Shown: positions 40,800 to 50,839, counted from the stretch's first letter. The stretch is DNA of 64,000 nt from an uncultured virus (IMG/VR IMGVR_UViG_2851443076_000002) (IMGVR_UViG_2851443076_000002:1-64000), one strand, 5' to 3'. Numbers and translations: made by a program. The notes: generated by a model from the sequence alone, not told the origin.

Positions 40800-41164
40800 T
40801 TCGGGATCCCTCCGCTCATTTGGAATTTGCCTATCAGCGGATGAAACCAGTAGGCCGAACCGTATTTTCTTTTTGCGCTACGGAGAACCAGTCGGGCCGC
40901 TTCCCTGAATTTCTCGTCAGGCACAATAAAGCCACCTGATTTCAGCTTAACCAACATAACGCCCGTATTTTTCGCCAGTTCCTCCGCTTTTTTGGTAGAA
41001 ATGCCATACTCAGCCGCCAGCGTAGCGACAGGAGTCATACCGGGTGGGATTTCACCGCCCTGACTATCAGTCAGCGATCTTACTTTTTCTTCAAGAACGT
41101 TGACTTTCTCCACCAGCAGATCAAAGCGTTTTTCCAGTTCATTGAATTTGATGTTGCTAATCAT
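40796..41164 (-). CDS. Hypothetical satellite replication-operon protein
   Basis: Overlaps both neighbours; coiled-coil N-terminus. Confidence 0.7.
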   Translation of the reverse strand: MISNIKFNELEKRFDLLVEKVNVLEEKVRSLTDSQGGEIPPGMTPVATLAAEYGISTKKAEELAKNTGVMLVKLKSGGFIVPDEKFREAARLVLRSAKRKYGSAYWFHPLIGKFQMSGGIPK

Positions 41165-41415
41165 GACTGAACCTCCGAACAACTTTCAAAACGCTCGCAT
41201 CCTGCTTTCAAGAAACTATCGAGGTTAGTGGCCAGGGACTCAAATAACTGGCCAATCGCGGTAATTTCACCGTCCCCCATTACGTTGGGATAACACACCA
41301 GCATAGTCGCCACGATTTTTGCTTGGGCAGCGCTAAGCGAGGCAGTACGCAACTCCTGTTCATGCTCTTCAAGATTTTTTAGATCTGCGATATAGCCCAG
41401 TTGTGGCTTAGACAT
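41161..41415 (-). CDS. Hypothetical satellite protein
   Basis: 84-aa ORF overlapping both neighbours. Confidence 0.65.
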   Translation of the reverse strand: MSKPQLGYIADLKNLEEHEQELRTASLSAAQAKIVATMLVCYPNVMGDGEITAIGQLFESLATNLDSFLKAGCERFESCSEVQS

Positions 41416-41686
41416 TTCGAGCCTCCAGAGGGAGGCTGATTTCGCCTCCCATTATTGACCAGAGAGTTGCTCGATTTTTGTCGGTCCATGTAAACGAATA
41501 GGGACTTTCAGTACGGATTTTTGCTGCAAAGGTTAGATGCCACTCAGGGAAGATTGCTCGAGCATCCTCCTCCGAATCTGCATCACATCTGAGGACTACA
41601 GGTGAACATTCAGAAAGCGCTTCTCGGGTAGCCAAGAATAGCCATGTAAATTTGGGGTAAGTTTGGGTATGCTGTGTTCCAGCCAT
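41408..41686 (-). CDS. Icd-like (host cell division inhibitor / Ash-related) protein
   Basis: MAGTQHTQTYPKFTWLF...ADSEEDAR...FAAKIR. Confidence 0.75.
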   Translation of the reverse strand: MAGTQHTQTYPKFTWLFLATREALSECSPVVLRCDADSEEDARAIFPEWHLTFAAKIRTESPYSFTWTDKNRATLWSIMGGEISLPLEARNV

Positions 41687-41788
41687 AGTCGTTACTCCAG
41701 TTAACGGTTTGTGGTTAGAAGCCCCGATAGTGTTCGAGCACATCGGGGCTTCGTCGTTTCTTATGGTTGCAAAAAAACGAAAGTTACG

Positions 41789-41834
41789 TTGTAATTACAA
41801 ACACGAGACGATGATAGGAATTTTGTAATTACAA
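41789..41834. promoter_or_regulatory. Two perfect palindromes TTGTAATTACAA (putative operators)
   Basis: At 41789-41800 and 41823-41834, in a divergent intergenic region. Confidence 0.7.
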
Positions 41835-42004
41835 TGTCAACACAAAAATCAAAAACTGATCAGTACCAAATCCGTTTAGCCCATGAACTGCGTGCGCAAC
41901 TTGAAGAAGAAATGCGCAAAGATGGTGACTCATCACTTGCAACCTGGATCAAACGGATTATCCGAAAAGAATTGCAATCACGCGGTATCAAGCCCATGGG
42001 TTGA
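41834..42004 (+). CDS. Small ribbon-helix-helix-like regulator (56 aa)
   Basis: MSTQKSKTDQYQIRLAHELRAQLEEEMRKDGDSSLATWIKRIIRKELQSRGIKPMG; below the ORF track cutoff. Confidence 0.7.
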   Translation: MSTQKSKTDQYQIRLAHELRAQLEEEMRKDGDSSLATWIKRIIRKELQSRGIKPMG

Positions 42005-42419
42005 TTCTCATTCTTTACAAGGAAAGTGATAATAAAATACGATTTTTCTCCCAAAGCAGCGGTAGCATGAATGCTTGTATACTGACAGTGCTATATGAAC
42101 CAGTAGATTTCATCATGACGCGCAATCGTGAAGCGGGAGAATGCAATATTTCATGTCGACACCGAATTGCGCGGATCACTAATATATTACACAGTCTATA
42201 CCCCCCAACTCATAGGAGTAGGAAAGAGCAATCCCGAAATGCAGTTACTCATATTTCAAATTACGGCACAGACATACATTTATCTACAAGCTATATATGA
42301 AAGCCTTGAGTAATAAAACCCTATTATACGCCATAAAATAAAACCATCATTAAATTAATTCGTTTTTCATTCTCAATAAATATAGAAGGGCGCATTAAAA
42401 ACGCGCCTTTTAATAAATC

Positions 42420-43178
42420 TTATTTTGACTTCGCTACCTCACCAATCACATCTAATGCTTTTCCATATAAGGTAGTAGGTTCCTTCCCTAATCCAATATG
42501 GTCATTAGATAATATCTTCATTAAAATCTCTGCGGATTCGACATTACCATCAGAAGCAATTAAAGCTGTTTTTTGTGAGTCATACAACTCTGCAAGCCTA
42601 GAATAATATCTTATAAAACTTACAGCAATCTGAAGTATATAGAGTAGAAAACCTACAATACCTGCAGATAATGCTATGGAGCTTATTAAATTACTATAAG
42701 TATCATCCGTTTTATTTATTGGTTTACCGTTATTCGCCGCAACCACTTTTGTGTAAAAATCAACCAACCTACTTGCATTATCCAGAGCCTCTTTCTTATT
42801 AGTGGTTTGTGTGATCTGCCTACCATTCCCGTCATTGTTAATTTTGTTTTTTTCAGATGGTATTGAACTTTCGTTCTCTACTCGCAAACGAACTACATCT
42901 TTTTCACTCTCATAAACCTGGCCTAATTCTTTGTTAATAAATCCTCTCAAACCACCATCTTCACTGACAACAAAACGATCTCTAAAAGCCATGAATGTAT
43001 TAGCAAGGCTACTATCTGATTGATTAGTAGTTAATCTATAAGTGATGAACCCAGAAAGCATGGTTGCAATGAGGATAATCGAACCACCGATTAAAAATCT
43101 TGCTTTTCTGGCTTTATTAGCTCTATAAGTTAAATCATTAATTACTTTATCTAAAACGCCTTCAGTTATATAGTCCAT
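42420..43178 (-). CDS. Two-TM membrane protein, accessory cargo
   Basis: Hydrophobic segments near residues 28-48 and 165-190; low GC; followed by a hairpin at ~42386-42410. Confidence 0.75.
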   Translation of the reverse strand: MDYITEGVLDKVINDLTYRANKARKARFLIGGSIILIATMLSGFITYRLTTNQSDSSLANTFMAFRDRFVVSEDGGLRGFINKELGQVYESEKDVVRLRVENESSIPSEKNKINNDGNGRQITQTTNKKEALDNASRLVDFYTKVVAANNGKPINKTDDTYSNLISSIALSAGIVGFLLYILQIAVSFIRYYSRLAELYDSQKTALIASDGNVESAEILMKILSNDHIGLGKEPTTLYGKALDVIGEVAKSK

Positions 43179-43496
43179 TTATTACCCACCCGAATAAGTC
43201 TAAATAAACTTTATTCCTCCCCTTTATCCACACTTGGATTTCAGAAAGGATTTATGCAACACCAGAAGTACCAAGTTTAACCTTTTTCAAACTTTGACTA
43301 CCTTCCAACGAGTTCTGTTCGCCAGAGCGATTAAATCCAAACAGTGTCTCTTACAAAGAATGCGATCAATGTAATAATTTACTCCAGACCATCCTTATCA
43401 ACAACTGCCATTTTTTCATGATGATCAATCTTTCACTGGAAGTCCTTCACCTTTTCTTCATAAATTACAGTAGGTTGAAGGTTTAACATCTAGAAA

Positions 43497-43736
43497 TTAC
43501 CTCTCAAGAGTTCTTAGCCAGAAAAGCAGGTCACTAAGAAGCCAACCTGCACCTGCTTTACCAATTTTGCGTCGCTGCGGGTATGCTTCATTCTGCTCCA
43601 TCTCCCACGCTGACGATCTACAAAGCGAAGTAATCTCACGACGCTCTTTCTCACGAACAATACGGTCGTATGGAACACCGTACTCGTTTAGTAACTGCCG
43701 GCGTTCCTCTGGGGTTGGTTCAATAAATTTTTTCAT
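43497..43736 (-). CDS. alpA: AlpA-family regulator
   Basis: RIVREKER..ITSLCRSSAWEME...YP....IG....GWLLSDL. Confidence 0.85.
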   Translation of the reverse strand: MKKFIEPTPEERRQLLNEYGVPYDRIVREKERREITSLCRSSAWEMEQNEAYPQRRKIGKAGAGWLLSDLLFWLRTLER

Positions 43737-43798
43737 CAGCAGAAAATCCTATAAAAAAACCCGCCTGAAGAAGCGGGTGTGATTTGAAAAGTGTCGGT

Positions 43799-44017
43799 TT
43801 ACTGTGCCCTGGTCTTTATCCATTCTTGCACTTCAGAGAGTCGCCAAGCACAAATTTTAGGGCCCAGCACAAGATGCTTTGGAAACTGTCCCTTTTTCTC
43901 CATAAAAGCACGAGTAGATTTTGGTAGACCAGTCATCCAAAAACATTCCTGTTCTCGGATAACACGTTCCAGATCTGGTATCAGTTCAAGTTCTGCTTTA
44001 CTCATGAATTTATACAT
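43799..44017 (-). CDS. alpA: AlpA-family regulator / probable excisionase, coupled to the integrase stop
   Basis: RVIREQEC..MTGLPKST....KGQFPK...LG....AWRLSEVQEWI. Confidence 0.85.
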   Translation of the reverse strand: MYKFMSKAELELIPDLERVIREQECFWMTGLPKSTRAFMEKKGQFPKHLVLGPKICAWRLSEVQEWIKTRAQ

Positions 44018-45245
44018 TGGAACTTTCCTCCTTAGCATCTGAACGGATCAACGAATTCAGGTAGTCTACCCATCTCGTCAGTGCATCAAGTTTTGCGGCC
44101 AGATATTGGCTACGATTGTAAATTCCCATAACCCCCGGTAGCGTATGTCCCAAGAGCTGTTCGACAACGTGGGGATCAACCCCCATGTCATTTAGATTGG
44201 TTGCAAGAACTCTACGAAGGTCATGCAGGCACCATGATTTTTCATGCCTAAACTTACGCCAAAAACGGCTACCAACCGTGCTCATAACTGTCTGTTTTGA
44301 AAATTCACCATTAAGTAGGCGCTCGGTACCCTCCTCCTCTGCAATTGCACGAAGGTTTACAAGCCATTGACGGATTTGCGGGGGGATTGGGCGAATAATT
44401 TCGCGCCCATTCTTACTGTGTTCTTTGGGCACTGTCCAAATCCACTCTTTAAAGTCCCATTCATTCCAGAGCGACTCCCGCAATTCACGTCCACGGCAAC
44501 CGAATACGATCATTATGACAAGTGTCACCCTGTTAACTGGTGATAATTTGGTATTGTTTTCCTCAGTATTCGCCCAATACCAAACGTCCCTCACTTCATC
44601 AGCTGTGAGTACACGATCCCTTTTTTGAGCCCTTTCCCCCATATCCATAACGGTAAAATCTTCCAGTTCGTTGGAGATAGCATAACGGCGTACCCGACAA
44701 AACTTGAGTGCCTGTTTTACGTCTCGGAATGTATGGCCAGCAGCTACCGGAGCTGTTTTTCTCACTTCATCAAAACACTTTACCCACATTGCAGCATTAC
44801 ACAGGGTTAGAGGTACATCCCCCAGGCGACCATAAATGTATCGGGCAAACCGTTGTTCACAGACCTCCCAAGTTCTGCGCTTAGGCTTGGCGTAATACTC
44901 TAACCAATAATCAAGCGCATCTTTTACGGTGACTGGCCTTTCCGATACATCAGTGATTAAGCCGATACGGTGACGTGGGTCGATACCTTCAGCGAGCCAA
45001 GCCCTGCATTCATCACGTTTATCTCGTGCCATTTTCAATGACATATCCGGATACTTGCCCAGAGTCAGCCATATTGGGGAAGTATCCCTACCGCCCAAAC
45101 GGTAGAACATGACAAAGCTCACAGCCCCATTCTTGCTAACTCGCGCCGACATTCCGCGACCGTCTGAAATCAACCGCTGCTTAGTCTGCGATTTACCCTG
45201 TAGCGCTTTTAGTTGCCTATCACTCAGTTTATTTTCTGCAGCCAT
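44010..45245 (-). CDS. int: Tyrosine integrase with N-terminal arm-binding domain
   Basis: SDGRGM...TLGKYPDMSL; catalytic R (GCRG), K (SKNG), HDLRR, LGH, Y (GIYN); adjacent to att. Confidence 0.95.
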   Translation of the reverse strand: MAAENKLSDRQLKALQGKSQTKQRLISDGRGMSARVSKNGAVSFVMFYRLGGRDTSPIWLTLGKYPDMSLKMARDKRDECRAWLAEGIDPRHRIGLITDVSERPVTVKDALDYWLEYYAKPKRRTWEVCEQRFARYIYGRLGDVPLTLCNAAMWVKCFDEVRKTAPVAAGHTFRDVKQALKFCRVRRYAISNELEDFTVMDMGERAQKRDRVLTADEVRDVWYWANTEENNTKLSPVNRVTLVIMIVFGCRGRELRESLWNEWDFKEWIWTVPKEHSKNGREIIRPIPPQIRQWLVNLRAIAEEEGTERLLNGEFSKQTVMSTVGSRFWRKFRHEKSWCLHDLRRVLATNLNDMGVDPHVVEQLLGHTLPGVMGIYNRSQYLAAKLDALTRWVDYLNSLIRSDAKEESSNV

Positions 45246-45270
45246 CTTCTCACTCTCTGCACACACAAAA

Positions 45271-45292
45271 GCAATACACACTGCAATACACA
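45271..45292. promoter_or_regulatory. Putative integrase arm-type sites upstream of int
   Basis: GCAATACACA-ct-GCAATACACA. Confidence 0.7.
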
Positions 45293-45408
45293 GTGGCCCG
45301 TAACGGAGAAAACGGATGCGATCATGCTCGAACATCAAAATCAAAAAAAAACCATAACTCTCATTAAGTTAACGAACAATCACGAACACTACCGTTCCTC
45401 TGAAACCT

Positions 45409-46056
45409 CTATGTTGTATGCTCGTGATATTCATCAATGATGGCGCATGATGGCGAATCACCATCCCCCGGGTCACCGATCACAGGCGCAAAAACCGAAC
45501 CATCAGGGCGCGTCATTTTTTTTGCCCAGGGTTTTATCGAGAATTTTTGCCGCAATGCCGGCAGCTTTTTCACCATTTGCAGCGCCGGAGAAAATACCTT
45601 CCATGCCTGTTTTTCAGTCGTGGCGCCGCAATAGACTTCTGCACCATGCTCGCCATCTGCACAAAACATATAATTTCCTACAGCAGCGGCAATAGCGGAT
45701 TTCCCGTTCTTCCTGGGCACCTCGATATAGATTTCAGAGAAACGACGCAGGCCTGTCTTCTTGTGTACCCATCCAAACGGTACGCCAAGAGCGAACTTCT
45801 GCCAGGCTTCAAATTCAATCCGGAGTTTACGCCGGGCCCATTCCCCTGAGGTATGAGGCATTTTCTGGGCAAAACGAAGAAATCGTTCTGCTTTGTTTTT
45901 ATCGAAGCGGTAGGGCCAGTGGGGATCCTTTGCTCGTTCGAGGTCGTCCAGATGTCGCTGACAGGCAAGTATCGTTAACTGACACGCCAGAATCTTCCCG
46001 CCAACGATATCCCGCGCATACTGGTTCGCTGCATTGACGTTCGGATAGGTTGCCAT
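45409..46056 (-). pseudogene. terL: Helper terminase large subunit, 5' part
   Basis: Walker A VPRKNGKS; ends at Walker [12 protein letters not shown], then a satellite-derived TAG. Confidence 0.93.
45413..45431. repeat. Satellite attachment junction (right in window)
   Basis: GTTGTATGCTCGTGATATT. Confidence 0.9.
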
Positions 46057-46490
46057 CAGTCAAACTCATCGAATTCATTCCCGTCATCATCCGGATCCTT
46101 TTGTCCGCTGGTCATGCGAAGACGACTGAGCGGATCTAACCCCAACAGAGAGCCCAGGCGGGCAAGCTGGGAAACCGAGTCATTCCGGACATTAACTGCA
46201 GGGTGTTTTTTCAGGCCCCCCATTTCACTTTCTGAGGTCAGTCCGCTGGCCAGCATTTTTTCGGCTTCGAGCATCAGATGAAAAGCATTGCAGTAAGCCA
46301 GCAACAAAGGTGCGTCCTCCAGCTCAAACACCCCTCGGTCGATGAGTATTTTGCTTTGCGTTTTCCACATTCTTATTGCCGCCTCCCCCATTAACTCAGC
46401 GGGAGGCGCAATACGTGTTAATTTGCTTTTTTGCCCGGTGGGTAAAGTGGGTTTTCGGCCACCACCGGACGATCGAATTCCTCCGGCCAT
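46056..46490 (-). CDS. terS: Helper terminase small subunit (P27 family)
   Basis: [24 protein letters not shown]. Confidence 0.9.
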   Translation of the reverse strand: MAGGIRSSGGGRKPTLPTGQKSKLTRIAPPAELMGEAAIRMWKTQSKILIDRGVFELEDAPLLLAYCNAFHLMLEAEKMLASGLTSESEMGGLKKHPAVNVRNDSVSQLARLGSLLGLDPLSRLRMTSGQKDPDDDGNEFDEFD

Positions 46491-46499
46491 AAACGTTCC

Positions 46500-46620
46500 T
46501 TTGATAGATGAAACCTTCCGGAAAAAAGTTTCTTATTTCTGGCGTGTAAAAATAGACTTCAACGGGCAGTCCCGAAGCGCGAAAGGGGTCAGGGATTTGC
46601 TCCCCCCTACCCCTGGCTGC
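46500..46620 (-). promoter_or_regulatory. Probable helper cos region
   Basis: Non-coding gap upstream of terS with GGGGTAGGGGGG...AAATCCC and T-tracts. Confidence 0.5.
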
Positions 46621-46738
46621 AGCTGCCTCTGTCGAGGTGGAGGTCGTCATTCCGGCTGCGCCGGCGGCGAATACGGTTCGCATTGCGTGGGCCGGCGTAT
46701 CTCAGACGTTCAATGAACACCAGTTGTTATACCGGCGA

Positions 46739-47170
46739 TCAGGATCCTGTCTCGGTAGCGGAGCCTCCATCGGCCTGCAGTACGCTTTCTGGTAGCCGTT
46801 CATCTAATGGCTGGTTCTCGAACACCTTCATGCCAAACTGACCGATCCAGGTGCTGACTGAGTTGATGTTCCCTGCGATGAAGTCGGTCACCTCGGCGAT
46901 CAATCCTTTAACGACGACATCCGTACTCTGACGCCAGTAATTCTCAATCGCGACCAGCAACGGATCGGAACCATTACTGACAGATTGTTCACCTACGCTA
47001 TACGTTTTTTTCTTCGCGCTATCGGTGATACATCGCAGCTGGCTGGTCTGGACGGCCCCAGCCTCTGCAGCGATGACCTGCATCGTCAACGTAGCCACTT
47101 TGTTCCCGTCTGCATCAGCGCTGGATGCATAGAACATGGAAAGCGTCAGATCCGTGCGTTGATACATCAT
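46739..47170 (-). CDS. Hypothetical phage protein
   Basis: 143-aa ORF with GGAGG RBS, coupled to the upstream gene. Confidence 0.7.
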   Translation of the reverse strand: MMYQRTDLTLSMFYASSADADGNKVATLTMQVIAAEAGAVQTSQLRCITDSAKKKTYSVGEQSVSNGSDPLLVAIENYWRQSTDVVVKGLIAEVTDFIAGNINSVSTWIGQFGMKVFENQPLDERLPESVLQADGGSATETGS

Positions 47171-47445
47171 TGCTTACCTCCACGACGATGACGTGAACGG
47201 CGACCACCGGGAACCATTGTCTGTTGTTCCTGCACCAACTCCCCCTCTAAAGGCTCCTGATCCAGTGCAGGTGATGAAACAGGGGCCGGAGCAATATCAT
47301 GTGCAATCGTCAGTTTCAGCAGTGGGCGGCCGCCCTGGACATGCTCAAAATGGATGCCATGTACGGCTTCATTCATTCGTGACTGACCATCCGTCTCCAG
47401 AACGGTCAAAACACCATCAATGTATTCAATTTTGAAACTCTTCAT
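47167..47445 (-). CDS. Hypothetical phage protein
   Basis: MKSFKIEYIDG...; ATGA overlap with HNH. Confidence 0.65.
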   Translation of the reverse strand: MKSFKIEYIDGVLTVLETDGQSRMNEAVHGIHFEHVQGGRPLLKLTIAHDIAPAPVSSPALDQEPLEGELVQEQQTMVPGGRRSRHRRGGKQ

Positions 47446-47810
47446 CGGGTTCTCTCTGTTGCTGTTTTCTTGCTGTGGCAGGTCCAGCACAATGACTCCA
47501 GATTAAAGTCATCATCGGTACCGCCATGAGCTTTAGGAATGATGTGGTCGACACTTGAGGCTTTCGTGGCAATACCGTCTCGCCTGCAGTTCTGACAAAG
47601 GTATTTATCCCTCTTCATGATACGGGCCCGTTTAATTTCCCACGGTCGACCATAACCACGTTCCTGCCGAGTTTTTCCGGGCTGATAGTTACGCCAGCCA
47701 TCACCAGCGTGTTGCTGCCTATGCATCTCACAGTATCCTCCGACATCATTGGTCACAGCCGTGCATCCTCTGTGCCGGCAAGGTCGTTTAGCTCGTGGCG
47801 GCATAAACAT
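47442..47810 (-). CDS. Helper HNH endonuclease
   Basis: CRHRGC, LCQNC, VDHIIP, NLESLCWTCH. Confidence 0.9.
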   Translation of the reverse strand: MFMPPRAKRPCRHRGCTAVTNDVGGYCEMHRQQHAGDGWRNYQPGKTRQERGYGRPWEIKRARIMKRDKYLCQNCRRDGIATKASSVDHIIPKAHGGTDDDFNLESLCWTCHSKKTATERTR

Positions 47811-47952
47811 CCTCGAGCATGAGTTGAGGGAGAAGAGTTAAAGCGGCACTGTCGATGAGAAACTCTGAAACGGGCAGCGATGAGCATGACAATCCGTCAC
47901 ACTCAATCGCCACCAGCTTCTCGTCTACGTATACAATTTTTAAGTTCTTCAT
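47788..47952 (-). CDS. Small hypothetical protein (54 aa); N-terminus resembles 47167-47445
   Basis: MKNLKIVYVDEKLVAIECDG vs MKSFKIEYIDGVLTVLETDG. Confidence 0.5.
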   Translation of the reverse strand: MKNLKIVYVDEKLVAIECDGLSCSSLPVSEFLIDSAALTLLPQLMLEDVYAATS

Positions 47953-48130
47953 CGCGTTACCTTTTGCGAATAAAAAAGCCCCGCAGATGCGAGGCTACTG
48001 GTTAAATATCAGGGTGTTACTGTGAAAGCTCAGAGTGTAAGGTTGCGGCTCAGCCTATCTGTGGTGGGACACAGTTAAATATTGTACTTGCAGAGGAATG
48101 GCTGATTAGCTCTGCTTAAGGAACTTTAAA

Positions 48131-48355
48131 ATGGAAGAAGAAATTAAATATAACATCGAGGTGGATTGCTCAACTCTGGAGTCTGCAGCAAAAGAAATAA
48201 GAGCTCTCAAAGGTCTTCTGGCAACTATGTTTGTTTGCCTTGATCAGGATATGAAGGGTGTCGTAATACATCAACTTTCGCAGATTGATGATGAATACAA
48301 CCAGAAAAACTTGGAGATGCTAAAGCAAATCCAACATATCCATAACCGACCTTAA
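48131..48355 (+). CDS. Hypothetical moron protein
   Basis: RBS AAGGA; bidirectional hairpin at ~48364-48388. Confidence 0.7.
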   Translation: MEEEIKYNIEVDCSTLESAAKEIRALKGLLATMFVCLDQDMKGVVIHQLSQIDDEYNQKNLEMLKQIQHIHNRP

Positions 48356-48393
48356 TAGCTATGGCAGACGGTTACAGGCTGTCTGCCGATCTA

Positions 48394-48846
48394 TTATTTA
48401 TTTCCATATCTTAATTGTAGTTCCGCAATCTTACAGCCCATAAAGTGTAGTAGTGCCTCAGCAGCATCTAACCGTTTGAATACCTCATCAATGTTTGGCT
48501 GCATACCTGAAGCGTATATCTTACCCTGCGTTTGAATGCTCCAAGCACTGACAGAGGTCAGGGTATTATCCGGTTTATAACACTCTGCAGAGGAAATTGC
48601 CGCTGAGACTACAAGCTCCTGCAGGTCTGGGCGATCATGTTCCACCACCAGAGATTCATCATTCGCATTGACATCATAAGATAAGGTAAACGGAGCGGTA
48701 GCCTTGCCTGATATAACCTTCTCGACCAGCACGCAACCAGACTGAATGACTTTAAATCTAACTTTGACCCCACAGACAATGCCATCATTAATCTGTTGAA
48801 GGTTTGTAATAGTGACTTTCAACGTTTTCAAGTTGCTTCTCCTCAT
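48394..48846 (-). CDS. Hypothetical protein
   Basis: 150-aa ORF. Confidence 0.6.
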   Translation of the reverse strand: MRRSNLKTLKVTITNLQQINDGIVCGVKVRFKVIQSGCVLVEKVISGKATAPFTLSYDVNANDESLVVEHDRPDLQELVVSAAISSAECYKPDNTLTSVSAWSIQTQGKIYASGMQPNIDEVFKRLDAAEALLHFMGCKIAELQLRYGNK

Positions 48847-49314
48847 TATCTCTTAAAAGGGATATCGTTTTTTATCCCTTAAAGGGGATAGACGTTCGCA
48901 CCGATTCGTAAATCCGCTCACAGGGCATTCCTGTTTCCCCTGATTGGTTTTGTCACATATTCTCGTCCAGGATGTCCTCAAGCCATGAAACCGGCTAAAA
49001 AAAAGGCCGCATAGATATGCGACCTTTGGTTAGTACCAGTTAGAAAACTAAAATCTCTCAGGAGCCACCCAAGAGAGGCTTTTCTGCTTTTTAACTGACC
49101 ACTGCCGTTTCGGTGTTGGCTGGCAGTGATAACGTGATGATAGCTTCATTTAAGTTATCGATAGCATTTAAATATCGAAAGAGCTCATTGAACCAATCAT
49201 TTTCAACTTGCCAGAACATTCAACCAGAGCAACAGGCTTCTATGCTGGTCTTTTGAGAGCAATTATCAGTTCGCCCTAACGAGGCTGGTAACTAACATAT
49301 TATTCGATGGTTCC

Positions 49315-49512
49315 TTAGACAGTGACCCATAAATCTAATTGTTTAATGTACCATTGGATGGGCACACAAATAACCACACCATCCCCAAAGTTAACAGATT
49401 TGATAACACACCCTTGTGGCGGAAAAAATTCCGCACCAGTCTGGGGCCGGATCGAGCGCTCAATGCCGTAACGATAACCGCATGGTAGTTGTGGTAGTAA
49501 GTTTACTGTCAT
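49315..49512 (-). CDS. Hypothetical protein
   Basis: 65-aa ORF downstream of the lysis cassette. Confidence 0.45.
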   Translation of the reverse strand: MTVNLLPQLPCGYRYGIERSIRPQTGAEFFPPQGCVIKSVNFGDGVVICVPIQWYIKQLDLWVTV

Positions 49513-49661
49513 GAGTGGCTACTTAGTTAAGAGTGGTTTGAGATCCTATAGTGCATGACATCCCCTGAATTAGATACAAACATTTCGATGCTGAAAGCTT
49601 GAATGTCTTGTTTTCAGATTTTTTGTTCACTTAAGGCCACTTATTTCATGTGCTATGCCTG

Positions 49662-49904
49662 TTACTTACTCACCGCCCGATAGTACGCCTGCCAGCGATA
49701 CTTATCCAAACGGAGCTGGCGCAGGCACTGAGCGGTTTCTATATCAGACTGTAAATCTTCATCGCTGTCATTTCCTGCGTCACTTGCTTTGCACGGCGGG
49801 CTCATCAAATCCGGGGATGGAGTTGGCAGCATCGATGGCGCGCTGACGCAACTGCACAGCAGCAGCATCAAACCTACACACAGTACGATTCGGAGACTGA
49901 ACAT
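49662..49904 (-). CDS. o-spanin (Rz1-like lipoprotein)
   Basis: Lipobox LCSC, Pro-rich segment, overlaps the i-spanin. Confidence 0.75.
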   Translation of the reverse strand: MFSLRIVLCVGLMLLLCSCVSAPSMLPTPSPDLMSPPCKASDAGNDSDEDLQSDIETAQCLRQLRLDKYRWQAYYRAVSK

Positions 49905-50130
49905 ATTTCACCACGTCGCGGGTTATTGTTTTGTAGATGACCTTACCCGCTTCGTTAGCAGTCGCGGCCTTTTCCTCTACAGGCTTAATGGCATTCTCGG
50001 CCTTCTCTCTCTTCTTCGCAGCCTGAGCATTGATGTGATCAGCGTGGGAACTCCATCCCATACGCCATGAAATGGCACAGGACATTAGCAGGATTGCTAT
50101 TGCGATGATAACGGCGGTTAAGCGACTCAT
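49780..50130 (-). CDS. i-spanin (Rz-like)
   Basis: N-terminal TM plus helical domain, after the endolysin. Confidence 0.75.
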   Translation of the reverse strand: MSRLTAVIIAIAILLMSCAISWRMGWSSHADHINAQAAKKREKAENAIKPVEEKAATANEAGKVIYKTITRDVVKYVQSPNRTVCRFDAAAVQLRQRAIDAANSIPGFDEPAVQSK

Positions 50131-50624
50131 CTTTGCTCCCATAAACACACTTCACGCTCAATTTCCCTCCGGGTAATAAGTCCTTTCCACTGCTTACCTT
50201 TGGCATAGGTCCAGCGGCGCAGCTGATCACACGCACCTTTCTGGTCACCCTGGTTGATTTTGCGAAGCAGAGTAGAGGTCTGGAAGTTCCCGGCTCCGAC
50301 GTTATAGGCGAATGAGTACAGAGCCCCACGCATTGTTTCTGGGATCGGTTTTTTGATGTAAGGGTTGATCTGCCAGGCGACGGTATTCAGGTCTTTATTT
50401 AGTAGCGCCCGACACTCTGCCTCGGTATAGGTTTTGCCGAGCATGATGTCTTTACCTGCGTGGCCGTAGCAAACCGTCCAGACACCTACCACATCCTGAT
50501 AAGGGGAGTATCGCACTCCCTCAAGCCCATCATTACCCATCGGGCCAGTGATGAGTGCAGAGGCAATCGCCAGGGCCCCGCCGCCCACCGCCGCAAGAAC
50601 AGTTTTACGTAGTGTCGGAGACAT
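50127..50624 (-). CDS. SAR endolysin, GH24 lysozyme
   Basis: Gly/Ala-rich N-terminal anchor; [14 protein letters not shown] catalytic E-D-T. Confidence 0.93.
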   Translation of the reverse strand: MSPTLRKTVLAAVGGGALAIASALITGPMGNDGLEGVRYSPYQDVVGVWTVCYGHAGKDIMLGKTYTEAECRALLNKDLNTVAWQINPYIKKPIPETMRGALYSFAYNVGAGNFQTSTLLRKINQGDQKGACDQLRRWTYAKGKQWKGLITRREIEREVCLWEQR

Positions 50625-50839
50625 TATTCACCTCGAGCAGTTTTTCGCCGGTCTTCTTTAATTTTGAAGTACAGATTCGTCAGGTATGTCAGCAAGCCAA
50701 ATACCAGACTTCCCAGAACACCAATAGCGGCCCACTGGGATGGGGATACTTTGTCGAGCAATTGCAACATCCAGAACCCCGCGTTACCTGCGGACGTTCC
50801 GTAGGCAATACCTGTTGTTAGCTTGTCCATTCGATACAT
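50624..50839 (-). CDS. Pinholin (phage 21 S family) with dual start Met1/Met4
   Basis: [14 protein letters not shown]...WAAIGVLGS...[26 protein letters not shown]. Confidence 0.9.
   Translation of the reverse strand: MYRMDKLTTGIAYGTSAGNAGFWMLQLLDKVSPSQWAAIGVLGSLVFGLLTYLTNLYFKIKEDRRKTARGE

Larger units (their letters stand above)
29148..45431 (-). mobile_element. Helper-embedded capsid-forming PICI-like satellite (16,274 bp between att cores)
   Basis: Flanking direct repeats inside terL; integrase, AlpA, primase-helicase, own head and packaging genes; no tail tube, tape measure or lysis genes. Confidence 0.92.

Noticed and set aside
41860..42313. Track ORFs 41860-42054, 42001-42300 and 42128-42313
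   Set aside because: No convincing RBS or motifs; the first is antisense to the better-supported RHH-like ORF
45245..45344. Longer integrase N-terminus given by the ORF track
   Set aside because: It overlaps the putative arm sites; MAAENKLSD at 45245 has an RBS-like GAGAAG and is a more typical start
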